Below are positions 53,926-64,000 of a stretch of DNA of 64,000 nucleotides, piece by piece; position 1 is the first letter of the stretch, and every line of letters starts with the position of its first letter. Made by a program: the position numbers and the translations under genes. The stretch lies in assembly GCA_963767735.1 (NCBI GenBank), contig CAVYES010000008.1:203605-267604 (forward strand), in the 5' to 3' direction. The notes below the pieces were generated by a model. That model saw only the letters and a program-made list of their open reading frames with translations, ran no database searches and was not told the DNA's origin. This stretch comes from Candidatus Bathyarchaeota archaeon. Its GTDB lineage: Archaea > Thermoproteota > Bathyarchaeia > Bathyarchaeales > Bathycorpusculaceae.

Positions 53926-55379
53926 ATGGTGCTGCTGAGAAAAGATCTTTCATTAACGATGCCTAACCCGCTACGCAATGTGCCAAATGCGGTTGCGGTT
54001 TCGCAGCGGGAGACGGAGGTTCCTGTTGCTTGGCGTGGCGACTGGAGCTTAATGCAGTACGTCAACAATTACTGTTTAAAAGCCTCCGGGATCGGCTTTG
54101 TCAGCAGCCCCTACACGTCGCTTTGGGATCGTATTTGGGGAGTGACGCCGGTTGAGGACCTGCCCAAGTTCAAAGCTCTTTACTCTTTTGTCCCGCGTAT
54201 CCAGGCTGCAGTTGACGTCAAAGTTAATTTGGAGATTTCAAACGGCTTCACTCTGGAAGGCGGCACAGCGACTTTTCGTGATTTTTTGGAAGAGTGGGTT
54301 GAGTCGCATGATCTGCTTGATACGATGCGCTCAGAAGAGAAGGATGCGCAGGTTTTCGGGTCATCTTACACCGAGCCATGTATGGATGAAGACTCCAGCC
54401 GAGTAGAATGGCTAAAAACTCTTGATCCCGAATATATGCGGGTTCGCCAAGACTGCTACAAGAACATTTTCGGTTATGCTCAGCTGCAGAGTTACCCGCC
54501 CGTAGTTTTTGACCCAGAGGAAATTTATCGATCAATCAATAACCCTTCTAGCTGGCTGTTTGAGAATGCCTACGGGACCTCTTCTTTGCGTTCAATTCTT
54601 GCATATTCAAGCTTTGATCGATGATTTTCAGGTTGACATGGCTAAAATCATGAAAGTTTACACGAAGCCGATGTTGATCGCTAAATGCGGCGGTGATGGT
54701 TCTCCTGGGAAGGCTCAGCCTTGGAGTGACGCCCAATTAGACGTTATGTCAAATACGCTGCAAGTGCGCGATCAAGGAACAGATCTAACCGTTAGGGGCG
54801 ACGTGGAAGTGCAGCCAATGTCTTCTTTAACTAAGGACCTGAAGGCTGAATGGTGGATTGAGTACCTAGAGCGTCAACGTGACAGCCAGCTGGGCGTGCC
54901 AAAGATTTTTCTCGGAGAACCGGAAGGCGCAAACAGGTCCACTAGCGACATTGTTATGCAGGAATTCGTAACTCGGCTGCGTATGCGTCAGAAACACCGC
55001 AGCAGCATTTATGAAATGCAGCTTTTCCCACTAATCCTGCGCGGCGATTTCCCTGAAAGCTTGATCATACCCGACAAGATCCCGAAGATTAAGTGGAAGC
55101 CGATTTGGGAACCGCCGACAGACGTCAAGATGAGCCGTGTTATCGACCTCTACAATGCTATGTTGATGGGTGATATAGAAGCGCGTGCGCGAGTTGGGTT
55201 TGCCTGAAAAGATCGATGGTGTCTTGAAGCAGCAGTCGGCTCCGGCGCCGATAGGGATGCCTGAAGGTCGTGAGTTTGAGACTCCTGGGCAACCGCGGAA
55301 GGCTTTAGGTAAGGGTGTGCCTGCGCAGGTTGTTAAGGATGGGGCGGGGGCTTCGTATCTTGTGCGAGCTCTGCCTTGA
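53926..55379 (+). CDS. Portal protein (indels)
   Basis: Position after terL; DAQVFGSSYTE, LKTLDPEYMRV, AYGTSSL, LGVPKIFLG..ANRSTS, EARARVG motifs. Confidence 0.85.
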
Positions 55380-55645
55380 AGCCGTTAACGCGGTTCGTGC
55401 TGTAAGGGCTTTGGAAGCTGCAGTTGTTAACCCAAACGTGAAGTTCTCTACTTGGCGCTTCTACAACTCCAAGAACCCTAACACCTGCGAAAAATGCGAA
55501 GATTACGACGGCGACGAGTACGAGCTTGGAAGACCCTGATGATCTACGGGATATTTTTCCCTATGGTGAATTTGTAGCTGATGATACCTTCGCCTGCAAC
55601 GTTCACCCGAACTGCGGTTGCTTCTGCGTGAAGAAATCAGATTAA
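55360..55645 (+). CDS. Minimal head-morphogenesis (gpF/gp7-like) protein, one indel
   Basis: W....NTCEKCEDYDG, then NVHPNCGC in the shifted frame, matching the gpF C-terminal CxxC..HPNCxC motif. Confidence 0.65.
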
Positions 55646-55681
55646 TAACAACTCAAACATTAAACGGAGAATATCTCGCTT

Positions 55682-56785
55682 ATGGAATTAAATTATGATG
55701 TTGAAGTACAAGCCAGCCTAGATGATCTAAGGAAAACAGGCATTATCGAAGGCCAAGCAATTGACTCTTCAGTTAACAAAAACCGTTGGCAGGTTCCGGA
55801 GCAAGATCTAGATTATTTTTGTTCAACTCTCCAAAATGCTCAGCTCAGGATTAATCACGGGGACCGCGTGGAAGACGTCAAAGGCGTAGTCTTCAAAACT
55901 AAGCATATAGGGAACACAGTAAATTTTGAGGCTGATGTTTCTGGCGATCCCGTATTACTGACCCAGATTGAAAAGAAATATCTCCATATGGTCAGCCCAA
56001 AAGTAATCTCAGATGATATTGTCTGCAGCTTATGCCAGGGCAAAACCCGAGATGCCAACATGCAGATGATTCATCTCTGCGCGGGCGCCTGGGAAATCGT
56101 GCATCAACCCCGCTGCCTGGAACTCAGTATAGTTGCTGAGGGGGCTTACGAGAATAACAATTTTCATTTGAAAGGTTTTGCGGCTGCCATGGATGAATCG
56201 CAGCGGCTAGGGCTTATTGCGTCTGTCTGTGAATGCGCGGATAAGTCGCGTTGCCCTTGTGGCCTAAAGGAATTGAAAGCAAAGTTACAGCCTGACTTAC
56301 ACGGGCTTAACAATCAAATTAGAGGAGAAAAAAATAAAATGAGTTCAGGTGAAAATCAGCCACCGATAGCTCCGCAAGTACCAGCCACTAGCCAAAAACC
56401 AGCAGCTGGCACCGAATTGACCTATCAGCAACTAGAAGACCAATTAACAAAGAATACGTCGCAGATCATGGATGCCTGCAAAGCCGCCATCGCGGAATCT
56501 GAAAAGAAAATGGAATCCAAAGTGGAAGCTACTGTAAAAGCAGCAATCGAAGCCGCAGTCCCTAAGCCTCGACCAAACGGGAAAGGCCAAGCGGGAAACG
56601 GCTTGGGTGCAGCAGGCGCAGGTCAGGGACTCCCAGGAATCGATGATGCTCAACGCCTTAACAACATGTTTGCGCCGAAGGCCAATTTGAGGAAAGCAGG
56701 GCTTGAATTAGCTGCTGCCGCTAAGCGTATGGGCAGTTTAACAGCCGATGTAACACATGAAGAGAAAGATGAGGAGGGAGCATAA
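55682..56785 (+). CDS. Prohead protease fused to a scaffold-like region
   Basis: IEGQAID..VNKNRW, LRINH, VSP, ELSIVAEGAY; low-complexity coiled-coil C-terminus. Confidence 0.75.
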   Translation: MELNYDVEVQASLDDLRKTGIIEGQAIDSSVNKNRWQVPEQDLDYFCSTLQNAQLRINHGDRVEDVKGVVFKTKHIGNTVNFEADVSGDPVLLTQIEKKYLHMVSPKVISDDIVCSLCQGKTRDANMQMIHLCAGAWEIVHQPRCLELSIVAEGAYENNNFHLKGFAAAMDESQRLGLIASVCECADKSRCPCGLKELKAKLQPDLHGLNNQIRGEKNKMSSGENQPPIAPQVPATSQKPAAGTELTYQQLEDQLTKNTSQIMDACKAAIAESEKKMESKVEATVKAAIEAAVPKPRPNGKGQAGNGLGAAGAGQGLPGIDDAQRLNNMFAPKANLRKAGLELAAAAKRMGSLTADVTHEEKDEEGA

Positions 56786-57257
56786 TGTCGCAGGGACAAG
56801 CATTTGATGGTGTAGGGCCTAAAGCTTATTCCAGATCTTGAGCAGACATTTCCGAGCAGATACAGGATACACATCGCCAGCAGTAGGTGACCCAGTTTAC
56901 ATTTCCAGTGACAACGGCTACACTCCGGCAGTCAGCTTATGCGTAGGCGAAAACCCAGCGTTCGTTGGCTTCGTGCAATCTGTAATACCCACTGACACCT
57001 TTGGCAATAAGCTGCTTAACGTCTACGTCTTCGGGCATAGAGTACGATGCAAGAACACTTCAGGCGGAACATTAACTGCAGGCCAAGTTATCACTTCAGG
57101 CAACGGCGGAATCACAGCTCTATCGCCTATAACTGCTCTTGACACAAGCTTCCCATTGACCTTAACAATCGCTGCAATCAACGCCCAGATGGGCCGACGC
57201 GGAATCGTAGCTGTTGGTGGCGCAAATAACGCGCTTGTTCAAATAATCTTCGGGTAA
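56785..57257 (+). CDS. Putative capsid decoration/cement protein (5' indel)
   Basis: Beta-rich, Gly/Thr-rich protein immediately upstream of the MCP. Confidence 0.5.
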
Positions 57258-57332
57258 CCGAGGATTCCCTTTCAGTTTTTTTGAAAGCAGAAAAAAGAAA
57301 ATTAATTAAAATTTTAAAGGAGAAAAAGAAAA

Positions 57333-58229
57333 ATGAGTTTTGTTGAAGATGCTTTAAGCTTTGTTGATAGTGCTGGGATTCAGTATCCAGAGCTCAACCA
57401 AGTTATCATAGAGATGACTATGCCTAACCTGATTTTGAAGCGGCTTCTCACTGACGATGTTCTCAAGCACGGACGAACTAAGACTTACACGATTGAAAAC
57501 GGATCGCACAGTGTCGGCATAAGTGAAGTAGCTCCAGGCACCGCTGCACCAGTCGATTACACCCCGATGAAGTTTGCAACTCTTAGCCCGTACAAACGTA
57601 TGGAAGCTGTCGAAATTCCTAAAGAAGTCGTTGAAGACGTTGATCTGCCAGTGGTTAATCAACAGTTGAAACGTATGGCCAGACGCTTAGCATACCAGAT
57701 TGAGCTTGACTGCTGGTTAGTAATGAACGCTGCCGTTCCGGTTGCAAATAGCTTTGCTGGCACCGGTAAAACAGTTACTATAACAGGTACCGAATACACT
57801 AAGGCGAACACTGCAGGTATGGAAGACTTTAACGCTGCTGAAGCTTTGATCAACGCCGGCGACTTCATCATGGACACCATTGTCTGCAACCCCGTTCAGA
57901 AACGAGACATCAAGAACCTGCCCAACTACAGCCTATACCGCGACGAAATCAGCCCAATTACTCAGAAGCCAATCCAGATGCTAGGTGAATGGGAGCTTTG
58001 CTGGAGCAACGTCGTGCCCGCAGGGACCATTCTTTGCATATCAACTGGCAAAAACCTTTCAGCTGCCTATGCGCCCCTTGGGATGTTTCTTGTTAAGCGC
58101 CCTTTGACCACAGATGTTGAGCTTCTTAAGAGTAAAGAAGTTGTAAAGCCGATTCTGTCAACCAGGTATGCTCCGATCATTCTTAACGGCCAATGCATTG
58201 CAGCAATCACAGGACTAGCAACAAGCTAA
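57333..58229 (+). CDS. Major capsid protein (HK97 fold)
   Basis: About 300 aa; EVAPG..P, EIPKEVVED, MARRLAYQIE, DTIVCNP, SNVVPAGT, STRYAP; strong RBS. Confidence 0.85.
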   Translation: MSFVEDALSFVDSAGIQYPELNQVIIEMTMPNLILKRLLTDDVLKHGRTKTYTIENGSHSVGISEVAPGTAAPVDYTPMKFATLSPYKRMEAVEIPKEVVEDVDLPVVNQQLKRMARRLAYQIELDCWLVMNAAVPVANSFAGTGKTVTITGTEYTKANTAGMEDFNAAEALINAGDFIMDTIVCNPVQKRDIKNLPNYSLYRDEISPITQKPIQMLGEWELCWSNVVPAGTILCISTGKNLSAAYAPLGMFLVKRPLTTDVELLKSKEVVKPILSTRYAPIILNGQCIAAITGLATS

Positions 58230-58327
58230 GCATAAAGTTAAGTTTGATTTTCTTTTGCCCATATCTTTTAAGTTATGGACCGTAAAGCCGGCTTCAAAGT
58301 AACCACTCACTCATCTAACTTCTTTAG

Positions 58328-59163
58328 TTATGGAATTGGATATCCTGCTAATCCGACCAAATCTATTGTATAATTGCCGACATTGTGGTTTGTTGTAGCC
58401 ATGTCAATCTCAACCACATACGTATCTCCGCTGCCCAACCCGATTTGAGGTACACCTAAGGGTGCTGATCCTGGGCTAGTTACGTCCTCTGATTGGATTG
58501 GCGTATTCTTAACGTATAATTTTGCTGTCAAGCCAAAATATGCTGTGCCCGAGCTGTTGCCTGGGAAGTTATCCATTGGAGGCGGTTGCTGTGCAGTGTA
58601 ATCATTTCTTACAGTGGCTTCAATGATGAAGCATTCTTGACCATCATATTTTCCATAATAAGAATACGATGAAATTAGAAAAATCTTTGAGCTACCTAAA
58701 TAGCCAGCATCACTCAATTTTGCAGCTTGGTCCATTCTGAAGCTGTTGTACTTGATTAAACTCAACTAAAGCAATTGCTGTGCTTGCAATTAAGAGAAAG
58801 ACTAACAGTACAGAAAGAACTTGGAAAGACTTTTTTGAACTAAAAAGACGAGAGTGAGATTTAACGGAATCTTTTCTTGCCAGAGAAGCATTCTCAACCG
58901 TTTGGACGGTTAATAGTGCATCCTTTCCTTGATTTGACAGACAATATTTCCCATGTTCGTCGGTCTTGATTAAGTCTCCTAATTTGTTAAGATGATGTTG
59001 GAGCTGCCCGCTGCTTTCAATGGAGGTTTTTTTCTTTAAATCGGCAAATCCAAGAGGCTTCTTCACTTAAAGCCTTTAGAATAACGATCCTTGTGGGATG
59101 GCCAAGGGCGTCAAATATTTCTGCTCTTTGCCTGTCTCTTTCGATGTCTTGTCCTTCTTCCAT
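58328..59163 (-). CDS. ArsR-type wHTH + TM + extracellular domain, cargo gene (indels)
   Basis: RQRAEIFDALGHPTRIVILKAL..GFADLKKK..SSGQLQHHLNKL, TM, then a beta-rich domain. Confidence 0.75.
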
Positions 59164-59277
59164 TATCGTGCGCCTCAAGGCACTCACTACACTTAGCTAT
59201 TTAATTCCTCGTTTGAAGACTCCCGAATAAAACCAAGTCCTGTTTTCAGGACATTAATATTATGACAGAGGACCTAT

Positions 59278-59739
59278 ATGTCGTCATACCCAAGTTTCAC
59301 TTCGCTTTCTGAAGTGGTCACACATCTAAATGCTACCGGACCTGATAGCAACAGCAATTATCTAGTTTACGGGCTCACTGTTTCAAGCAATAGCGTTCAG
59401 GACTACGTTGACCACGCGAACACTTACATAGGCAGCCTTGTGCCCAGCGTAACGTCGACGGATCCGCGTTACCCATTTGCGCAGTTAGCCGCCTTAGATC
59501 TTGCGTGCATGAGCGTTTTAGTTGCTGCGAGCGGAGGCATGCTTTTGGGCGCGGCAGATTACAAGCTTGGCGACTTATTCGTAACTAAAGGCGCCATTGG
59601 AAAATTCTCATTTCAAAGCGCAGTGCAAAGCTTCCAAGACAGTTTTACCCGAAATATAGTGAATCTTTCAACTGTAGCCATAGGCGCTCAAGCACGGCTG
59701 GGACATGAAGTTCCTCATTGTAGAGGACTGGGGCGTTAG
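59278..59739 (+). CDS. Putative head-tail adaptor
   Basis: FTSLSEV..L..VQDYVDHANTYI..AALDLAC..YKLGDL pattern of gp6/gp15-like adaptors; position after the MCP. Confidence 0.6.
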   Translation: MSSYPSFTSLSEVVTHLNATGPDSNSNYLVYGLTVSSNSVQDYVDHANTYIGSLVPSVTSTDPRYPFAQLAALDLACMSVLVAASGGMLLGAADYKLGDLFVTKGAIGKFSFQSAVQSFQDSFTRNIVNLSTVAIGAQARLGHEVPHCRGLGR

Positions 59740-59741
59740 GA

Positions 59742-59846
59742 ATGGCAAAGCGAAAACTTAGGCTTCTGCTTATTCCAGTTGCTATAGTGCTTTTCGTGAT
59801 TGGTTGGCTTCTTTATTATTTCGGCAGAAAACGGAGGAAAACTTAG
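59742..59846 (+). CDS. 34-aa single-TM peptide
   Basis: MAKRKLRLLLIPVAIVLFVIGWLLYYFGRKRRKT. Confidence 0.5.
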   Translation: MAKRKLRLLLIPVAIVLFVIGWLLYYFGRKRRKT

Positions 59847-59879
59847 ACGTCAACTAATCAAGCCTTAGCGGTTTCGGAG

Positions 59880-60284
59880 TTGCTGCAGGAGAATTGGTCG
59901 CTATCAAATCCGGTGGCTGCCGCAAATATTTTGTGGCCTACTACTCGCATGGATGCGATTGGGATTACTCAGGGAAAAGGATCCTTGCAAATAGCCGTCT
60001 ACAACGCGAGCCCCAGCAAGCAGGTGGATGCGCTTAGTCGCGAATGTTACCTGGTTACTGAAAAACTTGTCGTCGACATAATTGTTGTTAACGCTAGCCA
60101 AAGCACAGCTGATTTAGCCTCTGCAGAATCAACTTTGGAAGCATTGCAGGCTGAAGTTACCCGCATCATCCACTTGCAAGACCCAAACTATGCAGTAACC
60201 GGAGAGCCGATTCACAGTAACGCAACTGAAGTAACCCGCGTCATGATCAACGTTGACGCCGTTTACTTCAGCATTTCAAGTTAA
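59880..60284 (+). CDS. Putative tail terminator/completion protein
   Basis: LLQENW start, alpha/beta pattern and position in the neck module. Confidence 0.45.
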   Translation: MLQENWSLSNPVAAANILWPTTRMDAIGITQGKGSLQIAVYNASPSKQVDALSRECYLVTEKLVVDIIVVNASQSTADLASAESTLEALQAEVTRIIHLQDPNYAVTGEPIHSNATEVTRVMINVDAVYFSISS

Positions 60285-60556
60285 TAGGCAGGTGAAGTAA
60301 ATGGCAGAACAAAAAAGGGCGGCAAACCAGAAATTTAAAACCAAATTTAGCTCTTGGATTGTGACTTACAAAAACGGTTCCCAGGTTCTGGTAGAGCACA
60401 GAGTAACAAAAATAGCTTAGCGCTGCGGAAATTCGCTTAACGCTGTTAGTCCAGAAAACTGGACTTACGTTAATTGTCCTATTCAATGTGTCTACAAACG
60501 AGGCATTAAATAGTTTAATGATATGACATGGATAAGACAGCTTGAGGTGAGAAAAA

Positions 60557-61381
60557 ATGGAAGACGAAGGGCAAGTGGAGAATGATAGGCAACGCGCAGA
60601 AGTCTTTGACGCACTAGGTCACCCTACACGCATTGTAATCTTGAAAGCCCTAAGTGAAGGTGCTCTTGGATTTGCCGAACTTAAAAAGAAAACAGCCATT
60701 GAGAGCAGTGGGCATCTTCAACACCACTTAAACAAGCTCAACGGACTGATAAAGACTGATGAATATGGCAAGTATTGCCTAACAGAGCAAGGAAAAGACG
60801 CCTTACTGACAGTTCAAACGGTCGAGAATTCATCGCCAAGAACTGCAACAAAAGAGAAAGGGCATAGACACTTAAAGGTAGGCCTAAAACCTGTTGCTGT
60901 TCTTCTGGTGGCTCTCCTGATTGCAAGTTCAGCAGTCGCAGTGTATGAGTACAATCAAGCAGCTGATTTTCAGCGGGAATTTACCCGTTCTAATTCAGTT
61001 AATTTACAAGCTATGGAATACTATAGCGAATTTGGGATAATACCAAATACAAATGTTAACTCTTCATACACTCCACCAATTTCAATGTATCGTGCCTTAC
61101 AACTTGGGCTTGAATCAGATGGCTGGAACAAAACATCACTTTATGGATTAACCGTTGGGGTTTTCCTAGATTTGCAAACTACAACTAATCAAACTTTTAG
61201 CATTGGTCCATTAACAAGTATACCTTCAGACTACTCTGATGTATACGGCAACGGCATAACTTATAGGTACGTTTGGCAAATAACCGTTACTAACTCAAGC
61301 GTTATTGAGCTTCCACCTCCTGGTTACAGCTTAATTGATGCTTCAACAGGACAAATACTCCCAAATCCACCACTTTATTAG
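60557..61381 (+). CDS. ArsR-type wHTH + TM + extracellular domain, cargo gene
   Basis: RQRAEVFDALGHPTRIVILKAL..SSGHLQHHLNKL, TM, C-terminus ending in a PepSY-like YVWQI..LIDASTGQIL. Confidence 0.8.
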   Translation: MEDEGQVENDRQRAEVFDALGHPTRIVILKALSEGALGFAELKKKTAIESSGHLQHHLNKLNGLIKTDEYGKYCLTEQGKDALLTVQTVENSSPRTATKEKGHRHLKVGLKPVAVLLVALLIASSAVAVYEYNQAADFQREFTRSNSVNLQAMEYYSEFGIIPNTNVNSSYTPPISMYRALQLGLESDGWNKTSLYGLTVGVFLDLQTTTNQTFSIGPLTSIPSDYSDVYGNGITYRYVWQITVTNSSVIELPPPGYSLIDASTGQILPNPPLY

Positions 61382-61496
61382 TGCCCTAATCCCCGTTTTT
61401 CAGAATCAAAACAAAAGAACACCCATTTGTAATGTTCATAAACCGTCAAAGGAAATCCAGGTCTTTTAATTAACAGGTAGGCTTAAGGTGGTTTAG

Positions 61497-61859
61497 TTGA
61501 GCGTTCAAATTTCAATTAACAAATCAAACTTTGATGTGCTGAGCAGCTGCTTTGATTGTCTTTGTAAGCAGTACCCTGAGGCTGTAAATCAAGCTCTGAT
61601 GAACGTTGCTCAGGATATTTTGGTGACTGCGAACACGTTAGTTCCAGTCAGAACGGGCTATTTGAAAAGTACCATAGCAATTGAGCAGCCCAGCAAATTT
61701 CAAATTAAAGTCAAAGCCACGGCTCCCTATGCTTATTACGTGGAGTTTGGAACAAGGAAAATGTCGCCGAGGCTTTTCCTTACTAACGCGGTTAATCAGC
61801 ATTTGCCTGAATTGGCGCCGGAGATTGAGCAGCAAATCCAAGATTTGTTACGAGGTTGA
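61497..61859 (+). CDS. HK97 gp10-family tail completion protein
   Basis: VPVRTGYLKSTI, APYAYYVEFGTRKM.PR.FL. Confidence 0.9.
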   Translation: MSVQISINKSNFDVLSSCFDCLCKQYPEAVNQALMNVAQDILVTANTLVPVRTGYLKSTIAIEQPSKFQIKVKATAPYAYYVEFGTRKMSPRLFLTNAVNQHLPELAPEIEQQIQDLLRG

Positions 61860-61975
61860 AAAAGTATAATGGTGAAATCTAAGAAGGGTTCAATTTTGTT
61901 TCCTTGCTTCTTTGCAGTTTTATTATGAAATAAGCATTTACTAATAAAAAGAGGATAAAGACATAGAGTGGGAAG

Positions 61976-62161
61976 TTAGGTACTTTGAAGAGCAAGTGCA
62001 AGTGGTGGATTCTCAAAAGAGCGCCCGCCACTGATTGAGAAAATATTAAATCCGTTTAGTGTCGTACCGTTGAGTTCAGAAAGCACTAATTGGCTGGAAA
62101 GATAAAGAAGCAAACCCAATATTATATTGGCAATAATGACAGTTGTTAATCTTGTTGTCAC
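61976..62161 (-). CDS. Small membrane protein, cargo gene (possibly frameshifted)
   Basis: N-terminal TM; a second hydrophobic stretch downstream in another frame. Confidence 0.4.
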   Translation of the reverse strand: MTTRLTTVIIANIILGLLLYLSSQLVLSELNGTTLNGFNIFSISGGRSFENPPLALALQST

Positions 62162-62273
62162 AATGACACCTCAAGCGCATTTGCTTTTGCCAATCTTGTA
62201 TTTGTTTTGACCTTGCTTAAAAGATAATCGTTAAAGACGTTAAAGTAACCAAATTTAATCGAGGTGAAAAAGT

Positions 62274-62697
62274 ATGAGTTTAGCAACTACGCCAGTTCTA
62301 AGTCGAAATGCAGTTGTCCAGGTAGGCGGAGCAGCAATCGGTTTTCTCACTGACTTCACTATGGATGTCAAAGCGGAAATGATTAAGGAGTACGTTTGCG
62401 CGTCAGGCGGGTCTCCATCGCCAGCTTTCACGGCAAGCGGCAACCAATCCTACACGTTCAAAGCTTCAGCCCTTTATGTCCCAGCAAACTATGCAGCACT
62501 ATTAACAGATGTTCTTAACGGCTCACTTGGTTACGGTTATTTGGGGTCCACAAGGCACAACCACAGGGTCGGGAACACCAAAAATCACATTAAGCAACGT
62601 TGTCTTAACAGCTTACAGCGTCAAAAACGGGCAGAAAGGCACAATCGCGAACGATATTAGCGGTGAAGCGCAAAGTGTGGCCACAAGCACTTTCTAG
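62274..62697 (+). CDS. Putative tail tube protein (one indel)
   Basis: IGFLTDFTMD..GNQSYTFKASALY, then ITLSNVVLTAYSV..ISGEA; tail-tube beta-strand pattern. Confidence 0.65.
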
Positions 62698-63892
62698 TGT
62701 TTTCTTTCTTTTCGTCTATTTTGAATCGAGATAGTTCGGTCATTTTTTGCAGCCCATGCTGCCACGCACAAGGACACAGCCACCACAGCTATCATCACTA
62801 AAATGAGACTGCCAACACTGAACTCCGGTGCAGTTGGAACAGGTGAGGGAGATGCAGTTGGAGTTGTAGACGCAGTTGGGCTTGAAGATGGAGACGAGAG
62901 GGAAGCATCATTTATCACTGAAACAGAGCCAGAGTTAGAGTTAGCTACGAAGATTTCGCTTTTGCCAGAATCATAAGATACGCCTTGGGGGGTGTTTCCC
63001 ACGGGTATCGTTGCAACCACTGCATTGCTGCTATCCGATATAACTGAGACCGTGTAGGATGCAATATCATACACGTTGGATTTACTATTGGTTACGAAGA
63101 TTTCGCCCTTACCAGAATCATAAGCCACACTATCTGGCGTAAGCCCCACGGGAATAGTTGCATTTACGACATTACTACTATCGGATATGACTGAAACTGT
63201 GTTGTCGCCTGAATTAGCTACGAATATTTCGCCCTTTGAAGAATCATAAGCCACACCTTCAGGCAAGGTTCCTACGGGTATGGTTGCAACAACGGCATTG
63301 CTACTGTCCGATATAACTGAGACTGAGTGGGATGCATCCGACGCTCCATAATTAGTTACGAATATTTCGCCCTTGCCAGAATCGTAAGCTACGCCTTCAG
63401 GTTGGGTTCCAACGCCTATCGTTGCAACCACGGAATTACTGCTGTCTGAAATGACCGACACGTTGAAGGCGGCACTATTGGCTACGAAGATTTCTCCCTT
63501 TCCAGAATCATAAGCCACGCCAAACGGAGCCGGGCCAACGGGCACCGTTGCAACCACTGCATTATTACTATCTGATATAACATAAACAGATTTGAAGCCG
63601 CAGACCACGAATACCTCGTTCTTACCTGAATCATAAGCGACGGTCTCGGGCCACCCATAGAAACTGCGGCAACCACTGCATTAGTGCTATCTGATATAAC
63701 AGAAACCGAACTGGAGTCAGCATTTGCAACGAATATCTCTCCCAACCCAGAATCATAAGCCACGCCCCTCGGGATGTCTCCCACAGGTATTGTGGCAATT
63801 ACTCCAGCCCCCTGAACCGCGTTGACTGCTAACAAAGCAAGAATCACTGTGAGAAGAATTGATGCAGAGAAGATTTTCTTTAGATTCTCCAT
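62694..63892 (-). CDS. YVTN/YncE beta-propeller surface protein with PEF-type C-terminal sorting signal, cargo gene (indel)
   Basis: Repeats of VATIPVG..P.GVAYDSGKGEIFVAN..VSVISD, Ser/Pro/Thr linker, APEF plus TM plus basic tail. Confidence 0.88.
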
Positions 63893-64000
63893 AAAGATTC
63901 TTTGATTTCGGCTATCTTATACAGCTTTCGCTATTGTTAGCGTGAGATCGTGTTTCTTTAAATCTTGTCTGCATTGTCTGACAACGGCGTAGGTAACCCC

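Larger units (their letters stand above)
43650..64000 (+). mobile_element. Provirus-like region of a head-tail (Caudoviricetes-like) virus; continues beyond the window
   Basis: Co-oriented TerS-TerL-portal-gpF-like-protease-decoration-MCP-connector-gp10-tail tube in canonical order, starting next to a tRNA 3' fragment. No integrase seen in the window. Confidence 0.85.

Noticed and set aside
57333-58229. Encapsulin nanocompartment
   Set aside because: The HK97-fold gene sits with terminase, portal, protease and tail genes, so it is a viral capsid.
62930-63800. Tandem DNA repeats or a diversity-generating template
   Set aside because: Explained by YVTN beta-propeller blade repeats; no reverse transcriptase and no adenine-specific variation seen.

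Overview
Archaeal chromosome segment, most consistent with Bathyarchaeia/TACK (PolD DP1 and DP2, Elf1, GGGPS, Sec61beta, cdc6 with ORB boxes). Many genes, including essential ones, carry single-base indels, mostly in homopolymers, which look like uncorrected long-read errors. The window has four parts. (1) 1-5.3 kb: an S53 protease and a hotspot of mobile-element debris (PemK and HicAB toxin-antitoxin pairs, two tRNA 3' remnants, a histidine-kinase relic). (2) 5.4-36 kb: core genes around the replication origin (about 20.7-21.3 kb, next to cdc6). These include an origin-adjacent trio of uncharacterised helix-turn-helix genes, one a membrane-anchored coiled coil, embedded in dense RTCAC/TTCAC repeat arrays plus a candidate structured RNA; this is a possible origin partition/tethering system. 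(3) 36.5-42.9 kb: an aconitase-icd-aclB-aclA (ATP-citrate lyase) operon. (4) 43.7-64 kb: a head-tail provirus-like region (ParB-like, ABC-GNAT, terminase, portal, protease, capsid, connectors, tail tube) whose structural module is repeatedly interrupted by host-like surface and membrane-regulator genes, one flanked by a diverged duplication of the terminase 3' end. A ~340-bp tRNA-Ser-linked element occurs twice in inverted orientation (4.4 kb and 43.5 kb), bracketing the origin region.
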